A stretch of 64,000 bases of DNA, from assembly GCA_964106645.2 (NCBI GenBank), contig OZ067045.1; one strand, 5' to 3'. This DNA is from Podarcis pityusensis (taxonomy: Eukaryota). Both the position numbers and the translations under genes were made by a program. Each line of letters begins with the position of its first letter. Position 1 is the stretch's first letter. Below the pieces are notes generated by a model. It was not told where the DNA came from. It worked only from the letters and a program-made list of their open reading frames with translations, and did not search any database. Positions 47,160 through 58,879 of the stretch are shown in pieces.

Positions 47160-47401
47160 CAGTGGTTCCCAAAGTTCCCACCTTCCATGCTTTGTATTTA
47201 AAATTTTACTGCTATTTTATTTTTCATGCAAAATTTGTCTCTGAATTTTATTGTGTTCTTATCTTCCTTAGTGGGTTGTGCAAACAGCTCTTCTGAATAA
47301 CGTGTGTGTGTTTTTAAAAAAAGGTGGGGTAGGGGACATTGGAGATGAGTTTATGGAACCGGGGGGGGGGGGGGTTGGCCCCAAACTTTTGGGAACCACT
47401 G
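47160..47401. mobile_element. hAT-like MITE with TIRs
   Basis: cagtggttcccaaa ... tttgggaaccactg perfect 14-bp TIR. Confidence 0.8.
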
Positions 47402-47471
47402 TCCTATGGCCTGCTTGTTCTAGATCCAGAGGTCCTAGATCTAGACCTTCTTTTTATCACTGTTCTTGTAC

Positions 47472-48014
47472 CTTGGAATGGAGAGAACTGTATCGTTTGG
47501 TGGCATCGTCCAACTTGTTCTTCACCAGCACCCCAGTAGCTAAAACCTCAGGCCTTGGAGGCGCCCCAGCAGTCCCACCTTCTGCCGCCACCTTCTCTGC
47601 ATCCAGCACTTTCTGCCCGGACATTGTCACAAAGCGCAAATCCCCCTTGTGTGAGATTACATCTTCCGCAAAGCTGCTCTGCCGCTGGAGCAGGGGCTGA
47701 AGGGACTCGAGGCTGCCGTCTCCTGCACGCATCCTCTCCAGCTCTTGCTCGGCCTGCTCCAGCCAAGCCTCAAACTCCACATGGTCCCGGAGGAATTTCT
47801 GCAGCTCATCCCGGAGCGCCTGTGATTGCTTGAGCTGCACCTCAGACTGAGACAAGGTGGTGGCATACTGTCCCTTCAGCTCCTCCAGCCTCCCCTGCAG
47901 CCTCTGCTTCTCCTCCGGGGCGAGATTGTGGCCTTGCTTGTCCAGGAAGGCCTGGGCTGACTGCGTAGCTAGAATGACTTCTTGCTGCTGAGAGAGAAGC
48001 TCTTGGTGGCGGAC
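47472..48014 (-). CDS. MACF1: MACF1 exon, 543 bp (phase 0->0)
   Basis: gttccag|GTC CGC CAC...TCC AAG|gtacaa; VRHQELLSQQQEVILATQSAQ...EDVISHKGDLRFVTMSGQKVLD...YSSLHSK. Confidence 0.96.
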
Positions 48015-48445
48015 CTGGAACAACAGCAGCAAACAACCAGGCTGTAGTACATCCAAGTCCACACTGACTCCGTGAAATTAGAACCTGGGCCCTTTACAAG
48101 GCTAGGGAGGGAAACTGCAGCCACCTTCAAAAATTCAAAGCCTTCATACAGTTCTGCAATATCGAGCCCATAGGGCTAGCCCTACTGTTAGGCAGCATGA
48201 GGCAACTGCCACAGGTGGCAAATGTTGGGGGACAGCAGGGGCAGGCCTCCCTCCCTCAGCTGTTCTTTCTGACTATCCTGATTTTACCAATTTCTGCCAG
48301 AAAACAGAGCTCCCCACAAAGGAATGCGGTCCTTGGGGATGAAAAAGGTTCCCCACTCCTGACTTTGAGCAAATGTGTTCTTAGCTTAGCTGGATTTCAC
48401 ACCTAGATCTTTAACTCAACCCTTCATCCAGCAGACCCCACCAAC

Positions 48446-48658
48446 CTTCAAGCTCTCATAGTGCAAAGTGAGATCTTCTTCAACTCTGTCCGCCTCCTTG
48501 AATCCACCATCAGGGTTATCTTGGACTCTTCCAGTCACTAGACCCACTCGGTGGTGTTCAGCTTCTGTGAGCTCCTTGGGCTGCTCTAGTGATGCCACCC
48601 AGTGCAGAAGAGATTCAATCTTACTCTTATTTTCTTCAAAGTCTTTGACAGCTCTAAT
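48446..48658 (-). CDS. MACF1: MACF1 exon, 213 bp (phase 0->0)
   Basis: tttccag|ATT AGA GCT...TTG AAG|gttggt; IRAVKDFEENKSKIESLLHWVASLE...LHYESLK. Confidence 0.93.
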
Positions 48659-48895
48659 CTGGAAACAGAGCAGAGTGCATAGGAAGCTGATAGATTACAA
48701 AGCACAGAATGGGCAAATATGGGCTAGAATTTTGATGTCAATAATGTCATGCAAATTTTTTTGCATGCCTCAGAAACATCCCACTACAATTCTCAGAGCA
48801 CTGGACAACACACAGCCTCTTATAAGTTTACCCAACTCCCTCCTAATGCGAAGGAGGGATCTTCCACACCAGTTCCAGGTTGTGTGGTGCTGTAC

Positions 48896-49129
48896 CTTTT
48901 CTGTTTGCTGTTGCACCACAGTGCTCACAGCACTCTCAAGCTCCTTCTGCGCAGCCTCCGTCCTCTCTTGCAGGGACTGGTACTGCTCCTTGGCCTGGCA
49001 GAGCCTTTCCTGCAGGGATGCCAGTTCCTTGGGGTCCAGCTTGGTCCGGTTCTCCTCCAGGAACTCCTCTGTCGCTTTCAAGACACCGGCAAAAGAGGCT
49101 GCTCGGCTGTGCAGGCTTCTCTGCAAGTC
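48896..49129 (-). CDS. MACF1: MACF1 exon, 234 bp (phase 0->0)
   Basis: ccactag|GAC TTG CAG...GAA AAG|gtacag; DLQRSLHSRAASFAGVLK...QQQTEK. Confidence 0.94.
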
Positions 49130-49581
49130 CTAGTGGCAGAAATCAAAAGAGCAGCAAAGAGAGTGACCATCTTTGGCATAACTGTTAGCTGGTATTCACA
49201 GACATGTAATGATGCTGAGTTCTTGAGGCAAGAGGCCACTGATTTCTAAGCAGAGATTATGCTGATTAGATTTCATGCTGTCCTGTTGATTTTATTAGAA
49301 CTGTTGAATTATTAGTTTGCTTTTATATATGGTGCACCTACTCTGCCCTGGGATTACCAGCTTGAGGGGTGTGTTACAAATGAAACAAAGCAAATAAACA
49401 AGCCACACGCCTTGCATTGTAACAAAGACAGAACAAAACATGAGTGCAGATGCTGGAGTGTGGAAAGAAGAAACACCCAGCAACCCAGCCTGGTCACAAG
49501 ATGTGTTTTGCCACCTAGCCTACCAGCTCCATCAAGGGAAACACAGTGCAGTGGTCCAGCCTCCTGTAATTGTGTTCTCAC

Positions 49582-49731
49582 CTTAACGTCGCTCTGGCTC
49601 TGTTGCAGTACAGAGAGGTCCCCTTCCCTCGCTGCTCCCTGTGGATCCACCAGTCTGTGCTCAGCCTGGTTCATCCAGGTGCACAACTCCTCCAGTTTCT
49701 GGCTGCGTATTGCCTGCTGTTCTTGAAGTGT
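49582..49731 (-). CDS. MACF1: MACF1 exon, 150 bp (phase 0->0); first exon shared by a- and b-type isoforms after the b cassette
   Basis: ctaaacag|ACA CTT CAA...GTT AAG|gtgaga; TLQEQQAIRSQKLEELCTWMNQAE...QSDVK (cf. recalled human TLQKQQNTCHQQLEDLCSWV). Confidence 0.93.
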
Positions 49732-52700
49732 CTGTTTAGATTTTGGATTGTTTAACAAAAACAAAGCACCTGTTAATGCCTGTCAATTCAACTGTTAAAA
49801 CCACAAATGCAAGCCAAACAAGTTGCAAAACAGAAAGCACTTAAGCAGATGCAGTCAATGGCTCGCAAGAGGCATCGTCTCTCTCTCACATACACTGTCT
49901 CGCTTCACCCTTTACTTTTGCTCTAGACGGTCATTTAGGTCCATTGTCTGGCACATCAAAGCGTATATGGTTTAAAATGGAGTCATTTGCCATCTAGGTT
50001 CTTTCTTCTGCCTTTAATTCCCTCTCTTATTCCCATTGAGCAGCCCACTTATCAAGGACTGATGTTGACCTGATGGCTTTTTCCTTGAAAGATGACTTAT
50101 CAGAGGGAAAATGGATGGCAAAATCTGTGTGGCTCTTGCAGGAAAATTGGAGGAAGGAAGAATCTGGTTTTCTCCTTGAAGACCTTTCCTGCAAAATCCT
50201 TTATTTTATTTTATTTTTCCATTCCAATGTAACACTTTTCATGCCTCTTTCTCCCACTGAGTGGTGGGGGAAACACATTCACTGAACCCAAACATAAATC
50301 ATTTCCATGGAGGCAGTTATTCTGGCTTATGCTGTCAGGGCTAGAAAGCAATTAACCCAACGTTTGCTTGAAGCCCTGTTTTTGCATCCCAGTCTCAAGA
50401 ACAAAAGATACCTGGGGAATAACAAGCTGTGCTGAATGACCTTGCACAACTGCTATAAACCCAAAAAATGTTATTTCTGGGAACAGTGGGAGAGATAAAG
50501 AGAGACAGAGTGAGTGTGAGTGAATTTTGGACACTGCACCAAACCAAGTCCCAGATTATCCTCTTGGGAGTCTTGCAAATAGGGCGTCATTGAGCATGAT
50601 GTGTGACCCTGGGCCATCCTTCTTTCAACCAGTGTGCAATTTGTCTTTCCCTTGGTGCCTTACGATCAAAACATACAAACTTCTGCCAAATGAAAAACAG
50701 GGCTTTTTTTGTTCATTTTCAGACATTCCTTAAGCCAAATAACAGAAGCAGTTTGAGGAGGAGGAGAGGGGGAAAGAGCACTGCTAAAAAAGCACTCTTC
50801 AGCAGCATAACAAGATCTTCTCGCATTAGGGATGGGAGCACACTGAATCTGAAAAGGCAAAGCAAAACAGTTAATACACACAAACACACATACACAAAAA
50901 GAAGAGAGGCAGAATAGGCACACATTACAAGGGGACAATTGTTAAACAAAACCTTACTTGTATTAGCAGTGTCTGAAGGAAAAAGAGAGGCAGGGGCATG
51001 CAGTTATGGGGGCTGCAAAAGCACACCTTTATTGAGCATCCTTGTGTGCACTTCTTAAGGGCCAAAGTGGATGCATTGCTGAACTCAGAAGCACAGAAGG
51101 GTCTTAGTAGCAGATATTCTTCCTGTTCTTAGAATATTCACTCTACATTCTCTAGATCAGTGGAGGGCAGAATTCAAGCTTGCTGAATCTATTTTGTGCT
51201 TTGCTAGAACCCAAAGATCCACCAACTGGAGCCTGCGAGTGTCTCTGACATGGGTTCTAAACACCAGAACTGAGCTGAGCTCACAATACTTCCACATTTA
51301 TATTTATGCTTCCTAAGGATAGTCTTCTAAAAAAGGGCAGGGGTAAGCAATGGTAGGCTGGACCTGCTGGGTAGATCTTTGGATGATCTGCAATGGATTG
51401 GCAAGGATTTCTGCTCCCAATTATTTAACAACAGCATCAAAATTGGGCTGCTAAAGTGAGGAAAGCTTGAGGGTAACCAAGAATGTGTTTATATCTGCTG
51501 GTAAAAGTACACAGAGGGCGAGTGCACCCGGCACCTTTAAAACACCAGTATGCATATCAAAACCCCATTCTTTAAATATAAGACAGAACAGGGGCTGGAA
51601 GGGTAACTATGTTTGCAGAGACTGTACTCATTTTTCACAAAAGACTTTCTCCAGTCTGAGAAAAGTCAGAGGAACAACGGGGGGGGGGGGGGAGGTGGAT
51701 TTTGATTAAACTGCTGCCCTGGGTGGGCCTTGTGTGCAACTGTGTATAGCAATTCTGCACTATTTCCACCATGTTCAAGCATTGTGTTAAGTCCTAAACC
51801 AGGGATAGGTAACGGTGATCCCCTTTGACCAGCAGGTTGGAACCACCCAAAATTTAAACAGTTACCAAAAGCAAGCACTGCTTGCAAAGGTTCTCCCTTC
51901 GTACCCACAGATTTTCTTGACACACCTGAAATCAGATGAGGGAGGTGAGAGAAAAGTGGGCATGGCTGGAGGAAAACAGACTTGCAGACCAAAGGTTCCA
52001 CCTACCTGCCACAAACCATAACATACAAACCAGCACTCCTGGTTTGTTCCTCTACAAACAAAGCTTGGTGCTCAGTCTCTTGGCTTACTAAGTGTGACTT
52101 GTTTGGAGATAAATAAGCCACGAGCAGCATTTTGCACAACACATTAAAGCAGGGCTCATGGTTTGTTGCTCCTGACTCAACAAAGTGAGGAGCGCAGTAG
52201 ACACAGCTCTGAAGCATAAACTAGCAGGCTGCTTGCTCATGAGCAAAATTGGACCACTGTGACTGTTGCACTCATACTGTGCATCTGCACATCTATTACG
52301 GCTAAAAACCACAGTTAGCAACAAGTCCCCCAGACCCTGGGCTAACGCTTGAGTCACAAATGTGCCGCTTTTAATGCGCCACTTTCTCCCCTCTTGCTCC
52401 TTCCAGGTCATTACTTTAGCCTTCCTTATTGAGAGGCAAGATTCAGCCCCACCGCCATGACATAAACCAGCTTAACTGGTGTCCCCCATTGTCCTTAGAA
52501 CAGCCACCTATTTGGAGTCCTGACTCACTCTGTGAAAGGGAGGATGGAAGGAGAGAGACACAGAAATGAGGCATCTCTCTGCTTTGAAGCAGCAGCTGAC
52601 GCGCTCTATGATGCCACAACTTAATTGCAAAAGGATGCGTACAGAAACTGTAGGAAGGGCAGCTTGGTTAAAGAGGAAAAGACACACATCCTGCTCCTTG

Positions 52701-52744
52701 TTAAATACGACACAGCAAAGAGGTTGCCACTCCACCACTGTCAC

Positions 52745-52972
52745 CTGATCTGTCTGCTCCGCTTGCTGAAGACAGACCTGAAGGACCTCTGCCCGCATGG
52801 CCAGCCTCTCTGAAAGTTCCCGGAAGGATGTCTGCAGCTCATTCAGCAGCCTCAACAGCTGCCTGCTTTGTTCTGGGGACAAGTCTTGAGCGTGCTCAGA
52901 AATGAAGAACTGAATGTCAAGGGCTGTTGCATCAAGCTGAGCTTTGGTATCTGCAAGGGGCCTTTTCAGCTC
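52745..52972 (-). CDS. MACF1: MACF1 b-type exon, 228 bp (phase 0->0)
   Basis: tggccag|GAG CTG AAA...GAT CAG|gtgaca; ELKRPLADTKAQLDATALDIQFFISEHAQDLSPEQSRQLLRLLNELQ...EQTDQ. Confidence 0.94.
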
Positions 52973-53269
52973 CTGGCCATGTCAAGAGAGGGGAAGAGGG
53001 AGAAAATGTAGCCACTCTGAGACTTCAGTCACCCGCAGGATACCTTTGCAAGTTTCACCTGCTTGAATGATCAAGTGACCAGAGACTTTAAAACAAAAGA
53101 GGCTTAATGGTCCTTCATCGGGGCAGGAAGCTTTCCCCGATAGCCTGAAATTGACACACTTAGAGCTAGGGAGAAGGGCAGAGAAATAGCTCAGAGCCAG
53201 TCTGAATTCATTCTCTGCCCCTCTGTCTCTCACACACCATGAATTTGTGAGTGGATGAAGGTGAAGCAC

Positions 53270-53670
53270 CTAAGGATGGGTCAGTCTGTCAATTTCAGTT
53301 TCTCTCAGTTTCTTATTTTTCCCATTCACATTTTTGCACCGGATTGTGTGTGGTTTTTAAGTCCTAATGAAAATTAAACAGCATTTTAGCATACAATTCA
53401 ATTACACACGTTTTTGTTATGTAATTTTGCCCAATAAACATATTTTTGCAGGCCATTTCCCCCTTATATAAAGCATTTTAATGTGTTATTTTCATTAATA
53501 TATGCATTTATGTATGCATTCCCCTAGTATATGCATTTCTGTACTAATTCTTTGCTTGGAAAGGAACACAAAATTCAGAGAAGTGTGAATTTCAGTTCAC
53601 ATATTGTTTCAGGACATGCATAGCTGGTAGGTTCGCCTTTAAATGAGAACTGAAATCAATTTTTCCCACA
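53270..53670. mobile_element. AT-rich non-autonomous DNA element; inverted partial copy at ~43540-43710
   Basis: 53571-53665 is a degenerate reverse complement of 43545-43660 (gaaatccacacttctctaaatttt / aaaattcagagaagtgtgaatttc). Confidence 0.6.
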
Positions 53671-55014
53671 CAACTTTAGAGACACCCCAGGGTGCAAGCT
53701 CTTTCTCCCTGAGAACCTAATGTGGAATTGCAGCCTGATGCAGAAGTCTTGGTTTGCTTCTCAAATGCTCTCCTTACGTTTGTTATATCTTAAAATATAC
53801 ATTACAACTACACCCTAAGACTTCAGGGTGTAGTCTGGTTTCCCTTCCCATCCCAAAGAAACTAAACCCCGCCCACCCTTCCCTGGGGAGCTTCTCATCA
53901 CCCAGAAAAACAAATGCCTGGCAATGTTACATTCTAAGTCAAACCAAAGTTGGCTGGGGCTGATGGGAGTTGTAGTCTGAAACATTTGGAGGTCACCAGA
54001 TTGGCAAAGGCTGTTCTAAGTAGAAAGGAATTGGCTGGCAGCCCTGCCACTTCCCCCAAATAGCAGGTCATACAGCTTAAGGTCTGGCTTCCCAGCCATA
54101 TTATCTTGGGAGGAGCCAGTAGCAAACTCAGGCATGCCACACACCCACAAAAAGCTCTCAAGAGCTCCAGGCAGAGAAGAGGAAATATTTGTTTTTTTCA
54201 AATGCCAGATCATAAAGCTACACAATTCATAGCCATAAATGGTTATAACTTACAACACTCACAGTGTTGCACAAACGGTTGTGATGTCTACTGGCGCAAA
54301 ATGCATGGGTGATGCTAACTGCCATCACAGATCCATTTTTTGAGCATAATGCAGACCACCCCCTGGCATGGTGTGTGTGGGGGGGGTAAGCTTTGTCTAG
54401 ACAAGCAAGGAGTCTCCACTAAGCAGAGTTCTTGAATCTTGCCAAAAGGTGTGGGGTGGTGGAAAAAACAGGAGTAAAAGGAGGACAACTCAGGGCAATG
54501 AAAGAAAAGTGGAGGGTGCGGGGGTGGGGATGAGTGAGGGAAGGAAAAAGAGGCCTATCAGCCTCAATCTGGCCCTCCTAATTCATCCACCAGAATTTCC
54601 ATAAAGGCAACCTTTGGTGGTCAGGATGCTGGCTAGCAACTAGCAGGAAATGGCTACCACCATAACAGCCCTGTTTGTGAAATACCCTGAAGCATCTGGC
54701 TCCATAAGGGAGCAACACTCTCAACCATTCTCATGTGGCTAACTGTTATTTGCAGAGCTGGAAAGGTCCCAGTATTTGTAAATACTGAGGACAACTTTCT
54801 AAACATATGCCTTTTTACAAATATTGAGTAGCTGATAGGATAATTGCATTCATGGTTGAAATGAAGTGAGCCAAGGCAGAAGGCCCAAAGTGACTGGTCC
54901 CAAGGGTGCTCTCAGCAAAGAGTATAGGTCCCCTAGTTAGCATGTGGACAACCAGGAACTCCCCACCCCCTCCGTGGGAAGTTACCACGCTCCCAGTCAG
55001 GCTTAGCCTGTGAC

Positions 55015-55028
55015 GTTGCTATGGCAAC
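55015..55028. promoter_or_regulatory. RFX X-box palindrome at intron positions +4..+17
   Basis: GTTGCTATGGCAAC (minus strand GTTGCCATAGCAAC), adjacent to a TGACG half-CRE. Confidence 0.55.
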
Positions 55029-55031
55029 TAC

Positions 55032-55181
55032 CTTGTAGCTCTGGAGGCAGGAATTCAAGCTGCTGGCATCAGTTTTAGTGTGGGACTCTAGATGCTTGAG
55101 TAACTCTGTGGTGTCAGATGCCCAGCTCAGCAGCTCCTGGAGCCTGCCCTGCAGCTTCCCATGCTGCGCTAGGATTTCAGC
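55032..55181 (-). CDS. MACF1: MACF1 b-type exon, 150 bp (phase 0->0)
   Basis: cattttgag|GCT GAA ATC...TAC AAG|gtagtt; AEILAQHGKLQGRLQELLSWASD...CLQSYK. Confidence 0.88.
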
Positions 55182-56456
55182 CTCAAAATGAAACAACAGC
55201 AGAGAAATAATAATTAAAACCAGAATAGGAACAAAAGGGCAAACCAAGGTCAGCCAAAGATGCCAAACCTTAACAAATATTGGCATTTTAGCTGACAGGC
55301 GCAAAACTCTGGCCTATTCTTGAAGCAAAAGTGTCTCCACAAGGTGACTCTCCCCCTCAAGATCCATGTGGTAGGAGAGCTCTTGTGAATGGGCTCACAT
55401 ATAGCAGCAGTAGGAATAGCTGCTTTTTAAACAATGCTTGCCACTTGGAGGTGGGGGCACACAACAAAGGAAGTCTTATTCAGTATGCAAGAAATTCCTA
55501 TTGCTGCATGGGGAGTCATTGTGCAAGAGAACAGAGAAAAGAAAAACTAAGGGGGGAAATTATGCATGGGTGAATCTTCCCCCACAAAAACTGTTGCATG
55601 AAGTGGCCCCTGAAACTCAGATGCACACACTCCACACAGGCAGTGTTCAGAGGTGGGACAATGTACGGTTGAGGCCCAGGACATCACTTAATTATTTGAC
55701 ATTTCCCCCAAATCATCTGCTGGCCACAAAGAGAACAAGAACAGGATGGTGGAATAGATGGGTGTAGGTGTGATCTAGCAGGCCTGTTCTTATATTCTTA
55801 TGCTGTTAATGGCACGTTAAGGACAAACAGGGGTTAGAAAGTTGATGTGAGTATTAATCTGCTTTTAGTCTACTGTGAATAATGGTTGATTTTTCTTACT
55901 GATAATTTTATTGTTTATCATTTTTGTAGACCACTTTGAGGTCTATTTTTACTATCAAGTAGTATATAAATTTTGTGAAATGAATGAATAAAACAAACCT
56001 CCACTTGTACAATGTGTGTGTGTGGGGGGGGGAACATTCAGACATGAGACCTTTGCAGCTCCATTTTGCTTGCATACAATGACCCATTTTCTACCCCTTC
56101 TAGGAAAGATATGGGTTGTTTCCAGACAGGAATTTAATACTGTAAAAAAAGTTGTTCAGATATTGCAACAGGATTATTTTTTAACACTGTATTTTCCCCA
56201 GGAAGCATAGATCCAGATTAAACGGGGGAAAATACAGGCTGGCATTTTGATGCCAATGATGTTGTGTAGATGCTGCAAAAACAACTCCTGCATGCGCGAG
56301 GAGCAGTCACCCCACAATAAACACCTGCCTGGAAGGACCCTGGAAGGGTGGGTCCTGTGCTTCCCAGAACATTCCTTTTCCATAGAATTGGTAAGCACCT
56401 TCTTTGAACAAACATGGAGCCTCCTTGCCAAAGGAAGGCTGTAAGGAGTGCAGTAC

Positions 56457-56672
56457 CTTTTCTGCTTTTGTCGCAGCACGAAGGTTCAGTAGCCAAGAGT
56501 CCAGGGCATCGCTGACGGAGCCAAAAGACTTCTGAAGGTTCTTGGCATCTTTCTCCAAAGCCTTCAGTAATTGCTCAGGGACTTCCCAGGGAGGGTTGGA
56601 TACAATTCCTTTCACTGCCTCCAGCTCCTGATTCATTGGAGCCGACAAGTTCCTCAGCTCTGCGTCCAAGGC
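56457..56672 (-). CDS. MACF1: MACF1 b-type exon, 216 bp (phase 0->0)
   Basis: ccccttag|GCC TTG GAC...GAA AAG|gtactg; ALDAELRNLSAPMNQELEAVK...PEQLLKALEKDAKNLQKS...KAEK. Confidence 0.92.
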
Positions 56673-57113
56673 CTAAGGGGCAAAAGGTTACCTATAAGCA
56701 GACATCTAAGCAAGACAAATGGTCCTGCCAAGGCTGGAACGAACTTGAGCCTCACACTCCCCCTGTCTGCTGTTAAGGCTTCTCAACTCTTTTCAGGTCA
56801 TGGTAATCCTGTCCAAGCAGCAGAACCCAAGAAGCTCTTGTACATGTGTCATCGTCCAAGCATGAAGCAAGATTTGGTCCAAATAGTTCAATCCAGTACG
56901 AGTAAAAACAAAACCAACAATTGTAATCTGGTTCAAGGGTGTAGACCAGGGTTCAATTCTTACAATGGCCCTGAACTCCCTTCTACAGCTTTCAGCATGC
57001 GTGCACACACACAATATTCTCTCAGCCTCATTTGCCCAGTGTGATCTACATCACAGGGGTAGATCAGACCAAAGGCTAAAAACTACAGAGAATGAACAGC
57101 AACAGTAACTCAT

Positions 57114-57189
57114 CTGATTGTGGACTGTAGTCCACAAAAGCTTACACCTTAACAAATGTGTTAGCCTTTTGAGGTGCCACAAGACTCTT
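57114..57189 (+). mobile_element. Penelope-like element terminal fragment with degenerate hammerhead motif
   Basis: ctgattgtggactgtagtccacaaaagcttac...aacaaatgtgttagccttttgaggtgccacaagactc resembles recalled reptile Penelope pLTR sequence. Confidence 0.65.
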
Positions 57190-57322
57190 CAGAAGTCCCT
57201 GAGAAGCTTACAGGCAGAGCAAATTGACAAGGAACAAAGGTGCTCTCCTGTGAATTGCCATAGTGGCCAGCCCACTGTGGAAAGTGACCTTTAGGTGTGA
57301 AAACCAAAGCCACTCCTCTTAC

Positions 57323-57472
57323 CTCAGCCTGGCGAAGCAGTTCCCGCAGTGCTGCTGAACTCAGATCTGCAACTTGAACCCGCTGGATGCGCATCTCAAT
57401 GTCACGCACTCTGGACAGGAGCACAACCAATTTCTCATCGTAGCTGAGGCAAAGCTGTTTGCTGTGTGGAGC
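57323..57472 (-). CDS. MACF1: MACF1 b-type exon, 150 bp (phase 0->0)
   Basis: ctccatag|GCT CCA CAC...GCT GAG|gtaaga; APHSKQLCLSYDEKLVVLLSRVRDIEMRIQRVQ...LLRQAE. Confidence 0.9.
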
Positions 57473-58879
57473 CTATGGAGTCAGAGGCATTAAAACACAG
57501 GTTTTAGACAGAATAGGAGAGGGATTCAGACAAAGCACAACAATCTTGGACTTTTCTATTTGCATGGTTCTAGCTTATTTCATCTAAAAACTGCATTTCT
57601 TGTTGGGCCAGATTTCATTTTTTAAATAAAATACTAATTTCTGAAAAGACTGTAAGGTTTCCCTGATAGTGGCCCGTCTTCTTGAGACTCTCTCCCAGGA
57701 GGGACTCACCAGTCTACCTGACTATCAACCTTCCAACATCTGGTTAAGAAATCTTTACATTTGGCACCAAATGCTTTCTGGCAGGACCATATCCACTCAA
57801 GACCCCCTGAGACAAGCAAGCGCCTCATGACACCAACAGGGCACCTGACACCATGTGGTGTCAGCTGAATGCCTAGAGGTCGTAGTGTGGCCAGAAACAG
57901 CTGCAGAGGCCTGTCTGGGCTGCCTGGTGGGCCTAAATTGGCCTGAAGACTTGAGGTTCCCCACCTCTGACTTTCAGGCTGTATTTCAGGGGCAGCCAGC
58001 TGCCATAATCACTGAGCATTGGTCATACTGGTTTGGGTTGATGGAAGTTGGAGTCTAAAACATCTGGAGGGTACCCTATTCCCCCACCCACTATATCACA
58101 TTTATTGGGCATGTAACTTCCTCTTGCTTGCACTCTTAGGGGGCAAGTCAAGCTCCAAACTATGATGGGGAAAGAGCCACCTCTTCGCCAACTATAAAGG
58201 AAGACATAGGCAGGGCTGCACCAAAGGGAAGGGGGCCTGGTTTAGCTTGCTCCTTCACTGCTGACTACATGGCCTCCAGAGCAGTGGTGTAGTGGTAGAA
58301 TTTGAAGTGCATCATGACAGCCCCCACAGCTATCCATGCCCAAGTCATCAAGATAAGCGTGACTGCATTCATGTCCACAGTTTCCTGGGGAGCCAGCTCT
58401 CCTTAAATGTAGAGGTGCTCCCTCCTGACTGCATAGATTCAATGGGTAAAATATACTAAGCTTCAGCAAAAAAAAATCTTCCAGAAGCTGAAATGCAACT
58501 GTTAGCATTTCACCAGGAATGCAAACCACCTCGGCAAAGGGAAAATGCCACAATTTCAACTGCTTGCATGAAGTTAAAAGAGAGAAGCATTTAGCCTCTT
58601 GCTTATTTTTTCTCATGTTCCTGACTTCCTCTATGTTTATCTGTCACAAACCCGAAAGCCTCATTAGTGCCTCATTTACTCACCAGAGTGAAGAGGCTCC
58701 ATACATTATCCCGGTGTTCCAGTAGATGCTGTTGCTGCTCTGAGAGAGTCCCAGAGGCGCACTCCCCTGTGTCCCCCAACTCACCCTACACCACTGCTCA
58801 AGAGATATACTTTCATTTCAGCTGTCCAGCTAGCTTCACAATATGAATAAATGTCTCTGAGATTAATAAGTCCACTTAC

